The notes beneath the pieces are model-generated. The model did no database searches and had not been told where the DNA came from. It saw only the letters and a program-made list of their open reading frames with translations. Below are positions 18,832 through 28,192 of a stretch of 64,000 nt of DNA, one piece after another. Position numbers and translations under genes: made by a program. How positions within the stretch are numbered: the stretch's first letter is position 1; each line of letters opens with the position of its first letter. Source of the DNA: an uncultured Bacillota bacterium (GTDB lineage Bacteria; Bacillota_I; Bacilli_A; RF39; UBA660); the NCBI GenBank assembly GCA_900318075.1, contig ONJI01000020.1:5336-69335 (forward strand), read 5' to 3'.

Positions 18832-21369
18832 TTAGTTAACACTTTTTTCTAATATTTCTAGTTTTGATTTTTCTTCTTCTAATTTTTTCTTTTCAGAGTC
18901 AACTATTTGTTTTGGTGCTTTATTGACATAGTTTTCGTTTGAAAGTAGTTTTTCTCTTCTTTCAATAGAATCTTTTAACATTTTAATTTCCTTTTGTTTA
19001 GCTGTTTCATCTATTTCCTCTGATTTAAAATAGTATGTTATATCAATCATGTTAGATTTATAATTTACGCTATTTAGATCTTGCGCTTCAGTTACAATGT
19101 TTTCATCTTTTATTTTTAATGAACTTGCATAAATGGTATATATTTCAGGTAAGCAATTAATTTTTACTAAGGCGTCTTTTTTGATGTTGTTATTGAGTTT
19201 CAAAGTTCTAATTGAAACTATATCAGCTATTATTTTTTCTAATTTTTCTGCTTCTTTAGAATATATTTCATCTTTATCATATTTTGGATAGGTTGAAATC
19301 ATAATTGACTCTTTTTCTTTAATCGGAAGCTTCTGATATATTTCTTCAGTTACATATGGCATAAATGGATGAAGTAATTTTAGTATTGTGGTAAGGACAT
19401 CCAATAATACTACTTTGGTGTTAGTATTCATGTTATTTTTAGATAATTCAATATACCAGTCACAAAATTTGGACCATGTAAAGTCATATATTTGGTTTGC
19501 AGCATTATGGAAGTTGTAACCATTCATGTTTCTTGTAACGCTTTTAATAAGATTATTTTTTTCGGTTATAATCCATTTGTCGGCTAGTGTTAGTTCATCT
19601 TTGTTATATGTACTTACTGATAGGTCTTCTATATTCATTAAGACATATCTAGATGCATTCCATATTTTATTGATGAAGTTCCATGTAGATTTGACCTTTT
19701 CTTCATCATATCGCAAATCCATACCAGGGGCAGAGCTTTTAAGCAAGAAAAATCTTAGTGAATCAGCACCATACTGGTCGATAACATCCATAGGGTCGAC
19801 ACCGTTACCAAGTGATTTACTCATTTTTCTTCCTTCTTTATCTCTGATTAGTCCATGAATTAAGCAGTCTTCGAATGGTCTTGAGTCTGTAAAGTGTAAT
19901 CCTTGAAAGGTCATTCTATTAACCCAAAATGGAATAATGTCATAGCCAGTTACTAGTACGTCATTTGGATAACATCTTCTTAATAATTCAGTACTATCTG
20001 GCCAGCCTAATGTGGCAAATGGCCATAGAGCTGACGAAAACCAAGTATCTAATACATCTTCATCTTGCTTCCAGCCATCTCCTTCTGGAGCTTCCATGCC
20101 AACATATATTTGATCATCTTTATACCAAGCTGGGATTCTATGTCCCCACCATAATTGTCTTGAAATACACCAATCATATGTAATTTCCATCCAGTGGTTC
20201 ATTGTTTTTTCATATCTAGATGGCACAAAATTTACTTTTTTTTCTTTATCTTTTTGATTTTCTAATACTCTATCAGCAAGGGGTCTCATTTTAACAAACC
20301 ATTGTTTTGATAGATATGGTTCAACTACTGCCCCTGTTCGTTCTGAGTGTCCAACTGAGTGAGTCATAGGCTCTATTTTTAAAAGTAGTCCTTCTTTTTC
20401 TAGATCTTTAAGTAGTTCTTCTCTACATTTTTCTCTAGTCATTCCTTTATATTTTCCAGCATTTTCGTTCATAGTTGCATCTTCATTCATGACAACTACT
20501 CTTTCTAAGTTATGTCTATTACCTACTTCAAAGTCGTTTGGATCATGGGCTGGGGTTATTTTAACACATCCTGTTCCAAATTCTGGGTCGGCATGTTCAT
20601 CGGTTATAACTGGAATCTTTTTATTCACAATTGGAAGTATGACGTTTTTACCAACGTATTTTTTATATCTTTCATCATTTTCATTAACGGCAACAGCAGT
20701 ATCTCCAAATAGTGTTTCTGGTCTAGTTGTAGCCACATCTAGATAGTCTTCAGTTCCTTCTATCTTATATTTTAAATGATAGAAAGCGCCAGGATCGTCT
20801 TTGTAGATAACTTCTTCGGTAGATAAGGCGGTTTTGGCAACTGGATCCCAGTTTATTATTCTCTCTCCTCTATAGATTAAACCTTCGTTGTATAAATCTA
20901 CGAAAACTTTTTTTACGGCTTTTGAAAGGCCTTCATCTAGGGTAAATCTTTCTTTATCATAGTCTAAAGATAATCCTAACTTACCCCACTGCTTTCTAAT
21001 TATATCGGCGTGTTCGTGAGTCCATTTCCAGCATTCTTTCAAGAACTCTTCTCTACCGATACTGCTTTTGGTTTTGCCTTCTGTTTTAATTCTTTTAACA
21101 ACTTTAGCTTCTGTAGCTATAGCTGCATGATCCATTCCTGGAAGCCATAGTGTATCATAGCCTTGCATTCTTTTGAAACGGATTATTATATCTTGTAAGC
21201 TCATATCCCAGGCATGTCCAATGTGAAGAACGCCAGTTACGTTAGGTGGTGGACAAACAATAGTATATGGTTTTTTAGATTTGTCTCCGCTTTTAAAATA
21301 GCCTTTTTTCATCCATGATTCATATTTATCTTTTTCTACTTCTTTATGATTATATTTCTTATCTAACAT
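18832..21369 (-). CDS. valS: Valine--tRNA ligase
   Basis: [14 protein letters not shown] (HIGH motif), KMSKSLGN, 845 aa, with a C-terminal coiled coil. Confidence 0.95.
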   Translation of the reverse strand: MLDKKYNHKEVEKDKYESWMKKGYFKSGDKSKKPYTIVCPPPNVTGVLHIGHAWDMSLQDIIIRFKRMQGYDTLWLPGMDHAAIATEAKVVKRIKTEGKTKSSIGREEFLKECWKWTHEHADIIRKQWGKLGLSLDYDKERFTLDEGLSKAVKKVFVDLYNEGLIYRGERIINWDPVAKTALSTEEVIYKDDPGAFYHLKYKIEGTEDYLDVATTRPETLFGDTAVAVNENDERYKKYVGKNVILPIVNKKIPVITDEHADPEFGTGCVKITPAHDPNDFEVGNRHNLERVVVMNEDATMNENAGKYKGMTREKCREELLKDLEKEGLLLKIEPMTHSVGHSERTGAVVEPYLSKQWFVKMRPLADRVLENQKDKEKKVNFVPSRYEKTMNHWMEITYDWCISRQLWWGHRIPAWYKDDQIYVGMEAPEGDGWKQDEDVLDTWFSSALWPFATLGWPDSTELLRRCYPNDVLVTGYDIIPFWVNRMTFQGLHFTDSRPFEDCLIHGLIRDKEGRKMSKSLGNGVDPMDVIDQYGADSLRFFLLKSSAPGMDLRYDEEKVKSTWNFINKIWNASRYVLMNIEDLSVSTYNKDELTLADKWIITEKNNLIKSVTRNMNGYNFHNAANQIYDFTWSKFCDWYIELSKNNMNTNTKVVLLDVLTTILKLLHPFMPYVTEEIYQKLPIKEKESIMISTYPKYDKDEIYSKEAEKLEKIIADIVSIRTLKLNNNIKKDALVKINCLPEIYTIYASSLKIKDENIVTEAQDLNSVNYKSNMIDITYYFKSEEIDETAKQKEIKMLKDSIERREKLLSNENYVNKAPKQIVDSEKKKLEEEKSKLEILEKSVN

Positions 21370-21399
21370 ATTTTCACCTCTAATTTTTTTGTTTTTTTA

Positions 21400-21635
21400 C
21401 ATTCTTTAACACTAAAAAACGTCCTTAATATAAGGACGTTTTAAACGTGGTACCACCTTAATTTGTAAGTTACTACTTACCTCTAATAGCTTTAACGGGC
21501 TAAACGTACTTTCCTACTATCATTTCAAAAAGTCAGCTAACAAGCTACCTTCGATATCGACAGTTATCAGTTTCCACCAAATGTACTGACTCTCTTTAAA
21601 CTATCTAATATTTACTCCTCTTGCTTAAGCTTTTA
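21400..21635 (-). promoter_or_regulatory. T-box riboswitch leader upstream of valS
   Basis: Minus-strand reading: AGAGAGTCAGT...GGTGGAAAC (Stem I), a specifier-loop region ...TCGAAGGTAGC..., T-box GGTGGTACCACG (plus-strand 21446-21457), and a perfect terminator AAAACGTCCTTA-TAT-TAAGGACGTTTTTT (plus-strand 21413-21441). valS ATG at 21369. Confidence 0.85.
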
Positions 21636-21639
21636 TAGT

Positions 21640-21668
21640 ATTATAGTAAATACTTAATGTATTGTCAA
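21640..21668 (-). promoter_or_regulatory. Sigma-A type promoter for the valS leader
   Basis: Minus strand: TTGACA (plus-strand 21663-21668), 17-nt spacer, TATAAT (plus-strand 21640-21645). The -35 overlaps the stop codon of the upstream ORF. Confidence 0.6.
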
Positions 21669-22375
21669 GAAATTTGCTGACCACAGAAGAAACAAATTTT
21701 TGCGGTAGGTTCTAGTTTGGTTCCGCAATTAGGGCAAACTTTAGGTCTACTATCGTTTGTGTTAATAGGACTTACTTCTTTCTCTTTTATTTCTTCTTTG
21801 GCTTCTATAGTAGTCTCCTTTCTTTCATCAGGTTCTAAGCTACTATTGGAAAATACTGTATCGGCATTATACAAACCTTGGTTATTATTTTGGACAGCAT
21901 TTTCACTATCATTTGGTCCTACTTTTATATTTGCTATTTCTGGTTTTATTTCTGAGACAGTTTCTTCTTTTTTAAATAATATGTTTTCATTTTGAATAAA
22001 AGATTCTGTATTATCATATAGGTGCAATATAAATTGCGGATTTTTAAATACTAATTCCGGAAATTTATACATTGGAATTAAAATGAAATAAATAGCCTCT
22101 TTACTATTCATGTTATAGGCTTCTAATAGTTTTCCGATAATTATATAGTAATAATATAAATTTACGAAAGGTATAAGTGTCATATAAAAAACTGTTCTTT
22201 TTAAATCTAACATATCGGTTAAAACAAGGCGGCAATAAAACGGGATAAAAGCTTTCATACTTGAAACTCTAGCTGATTTAAAAATATGAGCTAAACATAT
22301 CTTTACTGTTATATAGACAATAAAAAATACTAAAAATATAAGCCAAAAATATTTTCCAGTTCCTTCAAATAACAT
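21665..22375 (-). CDS. Membrane protein with C-terminal zinc-ribbon
   Basis: 236 aa. About 4 N-terminal TM helices and a C-terminal CPNCG...CFFCG motif. Confidence 0.4.
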   Translation of the reverse strand: MLFEGTGKYFWLIFLVFFIVYITVKICLAHIFKSARVSSMKAFIPFYCRLVLTDMLDLKRTVFYMTLIPFVNLYYYYIIIGKLLEAYNMNSKEAIYFILIPMYKFPELVFKNPQFILHLYDNTESFIQNENILFKKEETVSEIKPEIANIKVGPNDSENAVQNNNQGLYNADTVFSNSSLEPDERKETTIEAKEEIKEKEVSPINTNDSRPKVCPNCGTKLEPTAKICFFCGQQIS

Positions 22376-22430
22376 TTATATCGCCTCCTATTATAATTAT
22401 AACATGTTTTGATGTAATAAGATATAATTA

Positions 22431-22655
22431 CTATTTTAAATTTTGTAATTTTTTAAAAGTTTCTTTAACTTTAAGAGCACTTGGCTTTTCGGGAAAATTA
22501 TTCGGCATAGTACTTTCTTTTTTTATTGGCTCATTTTTTTTAACATTTTTAATTTGATTATATAGTTTTTCTTTTAGATCTTGAGGCGATTGATTAAAGC
22601 CTCTATTAACTTTTCCTTTCAAAACATTGTTTTTATTATTTTGATTAATTATCAT
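22431..22655 (-). CDS. Hypothetical small basic protein
   Basis: 74 aa, Lys/Asn-rich, no recognisable motif. May be spurious in this AT-rich DNA. Confidence 0.25.
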   Translation of the reverse strand: MIINQNNKNNVLKGKVNRGFNQSPQDLKEKLYNQIKNVKKNEPIKKESTMPNNFPEKPSALKVKETFKKLQNLK

Positions 22656-22667
22656 TGTATTTCCTCT

Positions 22668-23288
22668 CTAACATTTTCCTTTTTCTAAATAGTTTTTTAT
22701 GGGTCCATAGGTTAGTCTGTAGCCTTCTATTAATCCATGTTTATTTATAGCTTCTAAGTGTTTCTTGGTTGGATACCCTTTGTGATTTTTAAAGCCATAT
22801 TCAGGGTGTTTTTCATCTATTTCATATAGCATTTTATCTCTAGTAACTTTGGCAATAACACTGGCTGCAGCAATAGTTATACTTTTAGCGTCGCCTTTGA
22901 TGATTGGAATTACGGGAATGTCTAAATCTATTGGCATGGCATCGGTTAATACGTATTCTAGATTCACTTGATTTCGTACTTTTTCAATAGCTATTTTCAT
23001 AGCCTTCCGGCTTGCCTCATAAATGTTTATCTCATCTATTTCTTTTGACCCAACTATTCCCACTCCATATATGACATTATTTATCAAGTAATTATAAAAA
23101 ACATTTCGTTTTTTTTCAGTCAGTTTTTTTGAATCGGTTAAGCCTTCTAATTTAAAGTTTTTTGGCAAAACGACACAAGCAGCAACTACTGGTCCATAAA
23201 GTGGTCCTCTACCAGCTTCATCGGTTCCACCAATACAGTTTATATTTTGGCTATATAGTTCTTTTTCATATTTCCATAAATCGTCCAT
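22668..23288 (-). CDS. rnhB: Ribonuclease HII
   Basis: IGGTDEAGRGPLYGPVVAACV, the RNase HII DEAGRG active-site motif. 206 aa. Confidence 0.9.
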   Translation of the reverse strand: MDDLWKYEKELYSQNINCIGGTDEAGRGPLYGPVVAACVVLPKNFKLEGLTDSKKLTEKKRNVFYNYLINNVIYGVGIVGSKEIDEINIYEASRKAMKIAIEKVRNQVNLEYVLTDAMPIDLDIPVIPIIKGDAKSITIAAASVIAKVTRDKMLYEIDEKHPEYGFKNHKGYPTKKHLEAINKHGLIEGYRLTYGPIKNYLEKGKC

Positions 23289-23322
23289 ATCAATTTCCTA
23301 TTAAAAATAATCACGTATGTGA

Positions 23323-23727
23323 CTATTTTTCTTTTGCTTCTAGTTTTTTAGTTACTTCTTTAGATACTTCAATAACTTTCTTTTCAATAGCGCTGGCTGA
23401 TTTTTCAATTACTGGAGTTCCTTTTTCAATTGCGTATTCAACTAATTCTGATGCAGAATCTTGAAGTTTTTTTGCTTGTTTTTTAGCTTCTGCTAAAACT
23501 GTTTCCTTATCTAAATTAGCAATTCCTTCTTTTATTTCAGCAATTTTTAGTTCCACATTTTCACGGACTTCATCAGCGTCAACGTTTTTCACTTTAGTTA
23601 CTAAATCGTCAAATGATTTTTTCAAATCTTCTCTTGTCTCTTCTCCTTTTTTAGGAGCAAATAATAGGCCTAAAGCAGCCCCTATTCCAGCTCCGGCTAA
23701 AAATTTTCCAAATCCTTTTTTACTCAT
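23323..23727 (-). CDS. ytxH: YtxH-like protein
   Basis: MSKKGFGKFLAGAGIGAALGLLFAPKKGEETREDLKK is the characteristic YtxH N-terminus (Gly-zipper TM plus APKSG.E.R). 134 aa helical. Confidence 0.65.
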   Translation of the reverse strand: MSKKGFGKFLAGAGIGAALGLLFAPKKGEETREDLKKSFDDLVTKVKNVDADEVRENVELKIAEIKEGIANLDKETVLAEAKKQAKKLQDSASELVEYAIEKGTPVIEKSASAIEKKVIEVSKEVTKKLEAKEK

Positions 23728-24004
23728 TTTCTTTTTCCTTCTTTCTATTTAATACTTTCCCTATAGCATTACTGAAAAATCCTACAATACTGTCACTAAA
23801 ACCGGCTACAGCGTCAGTCGCACCATCAATTATTGAAAATACTCCATCTAATTTATTTGATTTTTCGGTAATGTCATCGACTAATTTGTCTACTTTGCTT
23901 AACGTTTTAATGGCATTAATCACAAAAATTATAAGTACGACTATCAACACCATTAATAGTATATAGAATAGGCCAGTAAATAATTCCGATAATTCAATCA
24001 TCAT
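23720..24004 (-). CDS. DUF948-like small membrane protein (YtxG-like)
   Basis: 94 aa. N-terminal TM, helical C-terminus. Overlaps ytxH by 8 nt. In Bacilli ytxG-ytxH are adjacent. Confidence 0.5.
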   Translation of the reverse strand: MMIELSELFTGLFYILLMVLIVVLIIFVINAIKTLSKVDKLVDDITEKSNKLDGVFSIIDGATDAVAGFSDSIVGFFSNAIGKVLNRKKEKENE

Positions 24005-24750
24005 TTTATCTCTCCTTCATACATTGAATCAATTAGGTTGAATAGTTCTTTATCGCTGATTTTTCTCGGTTTTTTCTTTGTTTTTGTTTCTTTTTCTGGT
24101 TTTGCCATTTCTGCTTCTAATAATTCAGTTAAGTCATCTTCTTTTGTGCTTTCATGTCTTGGTTTTTCATCAATTGTCTTTGAACTATAGCCATCTATTA
24201 TATCATCAATTGATTTTTCTTCTTGTACTTTTTCTATTTCATCGTCTCCTTTTTTTTCATCAAAAAGTACTCGATTACTTCCGAATAATGTCGTTTCGAT
24301 ATCTGATTCTAAGCTTCCATAAGCTCGATCTCTAATTTCATCGACACTAGCTTTTCTAGGATTATATTTGTTATTTTTTTGTACAAGTTCTTCTTTTTGG
24401 TAATTTTTATCTAGAAATCCATATACTGGTGAAATAATTGGTGATGGTTTAAATACTTTCTTTTCTTCTTTTGGAGGATTATAAACTTCTCTATAACTTT
24501 TAGTTTTTTCTTCCTTTTCTGTCTTTTCAATATCTATCATATCAAAATCGTCATCATCAAAAATCGGAAATTTATATTCTTCTTTCTTAGTTTCTTCTAC
24601 AATTTTCGGAGTTTCTATTTCCCTGTTTTCTGCTGGAGAAGGTATTTCAACTTTTATAACTTCTTTTTGAATTTCTTCCTTTTTTGGTTCAGTGTCTTCA
24701 ACTTCAACTTCTTCAGTAAATAAATTTTTAACTTTATCTAATAAACCCAT
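24001..24750 (-). CDS. Hypothetical acidic/lysine-rich low-complexity protein
   Basis: 249 aa, E/K-rich, overlaps the next gene by 4 nt. No recognisable domain. Confidence 0.35.
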   Translation of the reverse strand: MGLLDKVKNLFTEEVEVEDTEPKKEEIQKEVIKVEIPSPAENREIETPKIVEETKKEEYKFPIFDDDDFDMIDIEKTEKEEKTKSYREVYNPPKEEKKVFKPSPIISPVYGFLDKNYQKEELVQKNNKYNPRKASVDEIRDRAYGSLESDIETTLFGSNRVLFDEKKGDDEIEKVQEEKSIDDIIDGYSSKTIDEKPRHESTKEDDLTELLEAEMAKPEKETKTKKKPRKISDKELFNLIDSMYEGEIK

Positions 24751-24762
24751 TTTCTCACACCC

Positions 24763-25365
24763 CTACTCTTCCTCATAACGTAAGAAACTACTTTCGTCTT
24801 TGTTTTTTTGGGTAAATACGTTATATTTTTCTTCTTTGTTTTTCAGAAAATTATCATCTAACGATAATTTTATTATATTATGATTGTATTTTATTGTCGA
24901 TAAAATGTATGAACTGTTTAAAACTGTGTTATTTATTTCCTGTTTTGGAACTAAGGCTTCTATCTTCGCATAGTTGTAAACAAATTCTATTAAATATAGG
25001 CCATTTTTTTCAGAAATTTCTAGATAACCTATTTTTCCATCGTTATCAATCTTTCGTGAATATATTTTTGTTTTGTCTTCTTTATAATCAATAACTTTTT
25101 TATAGTAGTAACTTATTTCATCTAAGTATAAATAATAATATGCACCATTTGAATATAGTTTATCATTAGATCCATTACTATCGATATAAGTAACACCTCT
25201 GGGTACGTAGTATTTATATCCTCTACCCACACGGTTATATAGAGTACTTTCTTTGGAAAGTACGACGTTAACGATGTTATCTATCGATGTGGTGTCTATT
25301 CTAACGATGGTACATCCAGTTAGAATTAAGGCAATTAAGCCTATTAAAACTATTTTGCTCTTCAT
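24763..25365 (-). CDS. Putative lipoprotein
   Basis: MKSKIVLIGLIALILTGC carries a lipobox LTG-C. 200 aa. Confidence 0.55.
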   Translation of the reverse strand: MKSKIVLIGLIALILTGCTIVRIDTTSIDNIVNVVLSKESTLYNRVGRGYKYYVPRGVTYIDSNGSNDKLYSNGAYYYLYLDEISYYYKKVIDYKEDKTKIYSRKIDNDGKIGYLEISEKNGLYLIEFVYNYAKIEALVPKQEINNTVLNSSYILSTIKYNHNIIKLSLDDNFLKNKEEKYNVFTQKNKDESSFLRYEEE

Positions 25366-25447
25366 ATATACACCCGCTTACTTTAGATTATATCAGAGTT
25401 TAGCTTTTTTTTATAGTAAAACAGATACTTTACATGTAAATAAATGT

Positions 25448-26074
25448 CTACTTATATACCTCTATCATATATATTGGGTAGCCTAAACTTACAAATTTCT
25501 TTTCATATTCTGTTTCGATATTTTCATAATCGTCCTCACTTAGATTTAGTGATATTTCTTTTATTTTATAGTCATTTCTAACATATGACATAATGGAAAA
25601 TTCAAATAATTTTCGGTTATCTGTCTTTTGGATAATATGGCACTTATCTTTAAAAATATAGTCGTATCTTTTTAAAAATATATCACTAGTAAGTCTTCGA
25701 TGTTCGTGTCTATTTTTAGGCCAAGGATCTGAAAAGTTCAAATAAATTTTATCTATTTCCTTATTAAAAATATCAGTTATTTCAGTAGCGTCAAATCTTA
25801 TCAATTTTAAATTAGGCAGTTCTATATCTTCTAATTTTTGAACAGCTCTAACTATAACACTATCAAACATTTCAATACCTATAAAATTAATGTTTGGATA
25901 TTTCTTGGCCATGCCAATGATAAAGTCTCCCTTGCCCATACCTATTTCCAAATGTATTTCGTTTTTATTTTTAAATAGTTGATTAAAATTCCCTTTATAA
26001 TCTTTAGGATTCTTTATTATATAATTCGAACTACCAATTATCTCTTTTGCGCCTTTAACATTTTTCAATCTCAT
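25448..26074 (-). CDS. trmB: tRNA (guanine46-N7)-methyltransferase
   Basis: HLEIGMGKGDFIIGMAKKYPNINFIGIE SAM-binding motif. 208 aa. Confidence 0.9.
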   Translation of the reverse strand: MRLKNVKGAKEIIGSSNYIIKNPKDYKGNFNQLFKNKNEIHLEIGMGKGDFIIGMAKKYPNINFIGIEMFDSVIVRAVQKLEDIELPNLKLIRFDATEITDIFNKEIDKIYLNFSDPWPKNRHEHRRLTSDIFLKRYDYIFKDKCHIIQKTDNRKLFEFSIMSYVRNDYKIKEISLNLSEDDYENIETEYEKKFVSLGYPIYMIEVYK

Positions 26075-26151
26075 AATGTCACCAGTTTAATTATACACCA
26101 AAAATAGATAAAAGCATATAATTAATTAGATTATGAAAGGAGTAAGTTAAT

Positions 26152-26463
26152 TTGAAAAAAGATCGTAACTGCGGGGGTTATCCTGTCTACCCACAAATGG
26201 TTCCTAGCTTCGGAGGAATGGTTATGCCAGGTCAAATGATTCCTATGCCTTTAAACAATATGGCAAATTATCCAAGTTCTGGTATGATGAATGTTCCTGG
26301 TAGCACTACAACTACTACACAAAATAATTACGGAACATCTGATTTATCTAATTTAACAAGTAAGGTTAATTCTCTAGAGCAAAGAGTTAATAGGCTTGAA
26401 AATTTGGTAAATAATGGAACGTATTCTAACAATTATAATACGTCTAATTATCAGATGATGTAA
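26152..26463 (+). CDS. Hypothetical Met/Pro-rich small protein with a C-terminal coiled coil (TTG start)
   Basis: RBS AAAGGAG 8 nt upstream of TTG. N-terminus YPVYPQMVPSFGGMVMPGQMIPMP. C-terminus LEQRVNRLENLV. Bidirectional terminator 26464-26490. Confidence 0.4.
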   Translation: MKKDRNCGGYPVYPQMVPSFGGMVMPGQMIPMPLNNMANYPSSGMMNVPGSTTTTTQNNYGTSDLSNLTSKVNSLEQRVNRLENLVNNGTYSNNYNTSNYQMM

Positions 26464-26485
26464 AAAAACAGCTAATTAGCTGTTT

Positions 26486-27382
26486 TTATCCTTTTATGCC
26501 GTTATAAAGTTTTTTAAGAAGAGTAGCACTTTTATATAGTTTATCTTCTAAAATCTTCATACGTTTATCCATTTTTTCATTTTCATTTTTTAATTCTGTA
26601 TTGTTACTTTTTAATTTATTGTTAACTGATATCAATTGATCTATTTCAGAGTTCAATTTATTATTGTCATCGGTTACTTTTTTGATTTGTTCTTGCAAAG
26701 TAGCAATCTTTTTGTCTTTTGAGTTTGTTTCTTCTTTTAGTTTATTGTAGTCATTAACAAAGCCAGAAATGGCAGTGTTTATATTTTCAAAAGATTCATC
26801 AAGGAAGTCGTCATCGGTAACAATTTCTTTTCTTGCTTCTTCAGATTCAATAGCTTCTTGGTTGATAAATTTGGCTGGTTTTTTTGACTCTTCTTTATCT
26901 TTTTCAGTTAAATCTAAATTAGTTAATGTATTTGATAAATCATCGATTTCGTCTAATAAGTCCTCAGCTTCTTCTTTAGAGATTTTAACCATCTCATCTA
27001 CGAAGTCTGTTTCATCATCTTGTTCTTCAATATATTTTCCATAAATATTTAGTTCAGTTATTTTGCTCATTACGTCCTCGATATTGACAGCATATTTTTT
27101 CATTAAGCTGCGAATGTTTTTATCTTTAGAGTAGCTATCATAGAATTCTTCATCATTTGGAATTAAAACATTGGCTCTAAAGATTTGTTTTTCTTCTCTA
27201 CCCTGTTCTCCTTCACTAAATGCGATGGACATATTTTCAATCACAGTTTCTATGAATTTATCTTTTTCTTTTATCGCTACATCATTAGATTTTTTTTCTA
27301 GTTTTTTGAATAAATCTCTATTATCCTCTCTAATGTCTCTAGCCAATTTTTTGATTGCTAAAAATCTTTCTTTGTCTAGCAT
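26486..27382 (-). CDS. Hypothetical coiled-coil protein
   Basis: 298 aa, E/K/D-rich. The C-terminal third is predicted coiled coil. Lies downstream of efp on the same strand. Confidence 0.4.
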   Translation of the reverse strand: MLDKERFLAIKKLARDIREDNRDLFKKLEKKSNDVAIKEKDKFIETVIENMSIAFSEGEQGREEKQIFRANVLIPNDEEFYDSYSKDKNIRSLMKKYAVNIEDVMSKITELNIYGKYIEEQDDETDFVDEMVKISKEEAEDLLDEIDDLSNTLTNLDLTEKDKEESKKPAKFINQEAIESEEARKEIVTDDDFLDESFENINTAISGFVNDYNKLKEETNSKDKKIATLQEQIKKVTDDNNKLNSEIDQLISVNNKLKSNNTELKNENEKMDKRMKILEDKLYKSATLLKKLYNGIKG

Positions 27383-27408
27383 ATTATTTCCTCCCTTATA
27401 TCCTTTTA

Positions 27409-27966
27409 TTAAGCTCTTGAATCATATTTTCCATCTTTAGTTGAAACGATAACTTTATCATTTTCATTTATAAATAATGGAACTTTGATAGTTAGACCAT
27501 TTTCTAGTGTTGCTTCTTTAGTAGCATTAGTTGCAGTATTTCCTTTAACACCTGGTTCGGTATGAGAAATTTCATACTCAATTTTTTCTGGCAAAGTAAT
27601 ACCTAAAACTTCTCCTTTATAGAAGGTAACATCTAAATCTAGTCCTTCTTTTAAGAATTTTGCATCCTCACCAAGTTGATCTTTAGTTAAATCTATTTGT
27701 TCATAAGTTTCCATGTTCATAAAGTTATATGTGTCTGCATTACCATATAAATATTGCATTGGTTTCTTTTCAACAATAGCTTTTTCAAATTTTATATTCG
27801 TATTAAATGTTTGTTCAATAGTTGAACCTGTACGTAGGTTTTTCAATTTAATTCTAACGAAAGCAGGGCCTTTACCAGGCTTGACGTGCAAAAACTCTAA
27901 AATTAAATATATATTGCCATCAATGATGACAGTCATTCCATTTTTTATATCATTAATGTTTATCAT
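27409..27966 (-). CDS. efp: Elongation factor P
   Basis: 185 aa. ...KPGKGPAFVRIKLKNLRTG... is the conserved EF-P loop containing the modified Lys/Arg position. Confidence 0.9.
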   Translation of the reverse strand: MININDIKNGMTVIIDGNIYLILEFLHVKPGKGPAFVRIKLKNLRTGSTIEQTFNTNIKFEKAIVEKKPMQYLYGNADTYNFMNMETYEQIDLTKDQLGEDAKFLKEGLDLDVTFYKGEVLGITLPEKIEYEISHTEPGVKGNTATNATKEATLENGLTIKVPLFINENDKVIVSTKDGKYDSRA

Positions 27967-27982
27967 ACTTTACCTCCGTGAA

Positions 27983-28150
27983 TTATTTTTTTTCATTGTG
28001 CTCTGTATGTTTTTGACATGTAGGGCAATATTTGTTTAATTTTAAACGTTCTGGTGTGTTTCTTTTGTTTTTTTCTACTCTATAATTTTCATTTTTACAC
28101 ACACTACAAACTAAAGTGATATTTTCTCTAGCTTCTCCTTTTTTTGCCAT
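27983..28150 (-). CDS. rpmG: 50S ribosomal protein L33 (not in the supplied ORF track, under 60 aa)
   Basis: Minus-strand translation MAKKGEARENITLVCSVCKNENYRVEKNKRNTPERLKLNKYCPTCQKHTEHNEKK, with the CxxC...CxxC zinc ribbon of L33. RBS GGAGGG upstream. Confidence 0.85.
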   Translation of the reverse strand: MAKKGEARENITLVCSVCKNENYRVEKNKRNTPERLKLNKYCPTCQKHTEHNEKK

Positions 28151-28192
28151 GATTATCCCTCCTTTTCACATTTCTAGATACATTATACCAAA

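Noticed and set aside
20489-20746. Two overlapping plus-strand ORFs (85 and 66 aa) inside valS
   Set aside because: Antisense to an unambiguous valS reading frame. Spurious.
21413-21441. Palindrome AAAACGTCCTTAATATAAGGACGTTTT as a possible transcription-factor operator or IS inverted repeat
   Set aside because: Position and the following T-run identify it as the T-box terminator hairpin of the valS leader. The related ACGTTTAAAACGT block at 38-50 belongs to the paralogous Leu leader.
28033-28150. Possible ncRNA between efp and the class B PBP, because no ORF is listed there
   Set aside because: The region encodes ribosomal protein L33 on the minus strand. It is annotated as a CDS.
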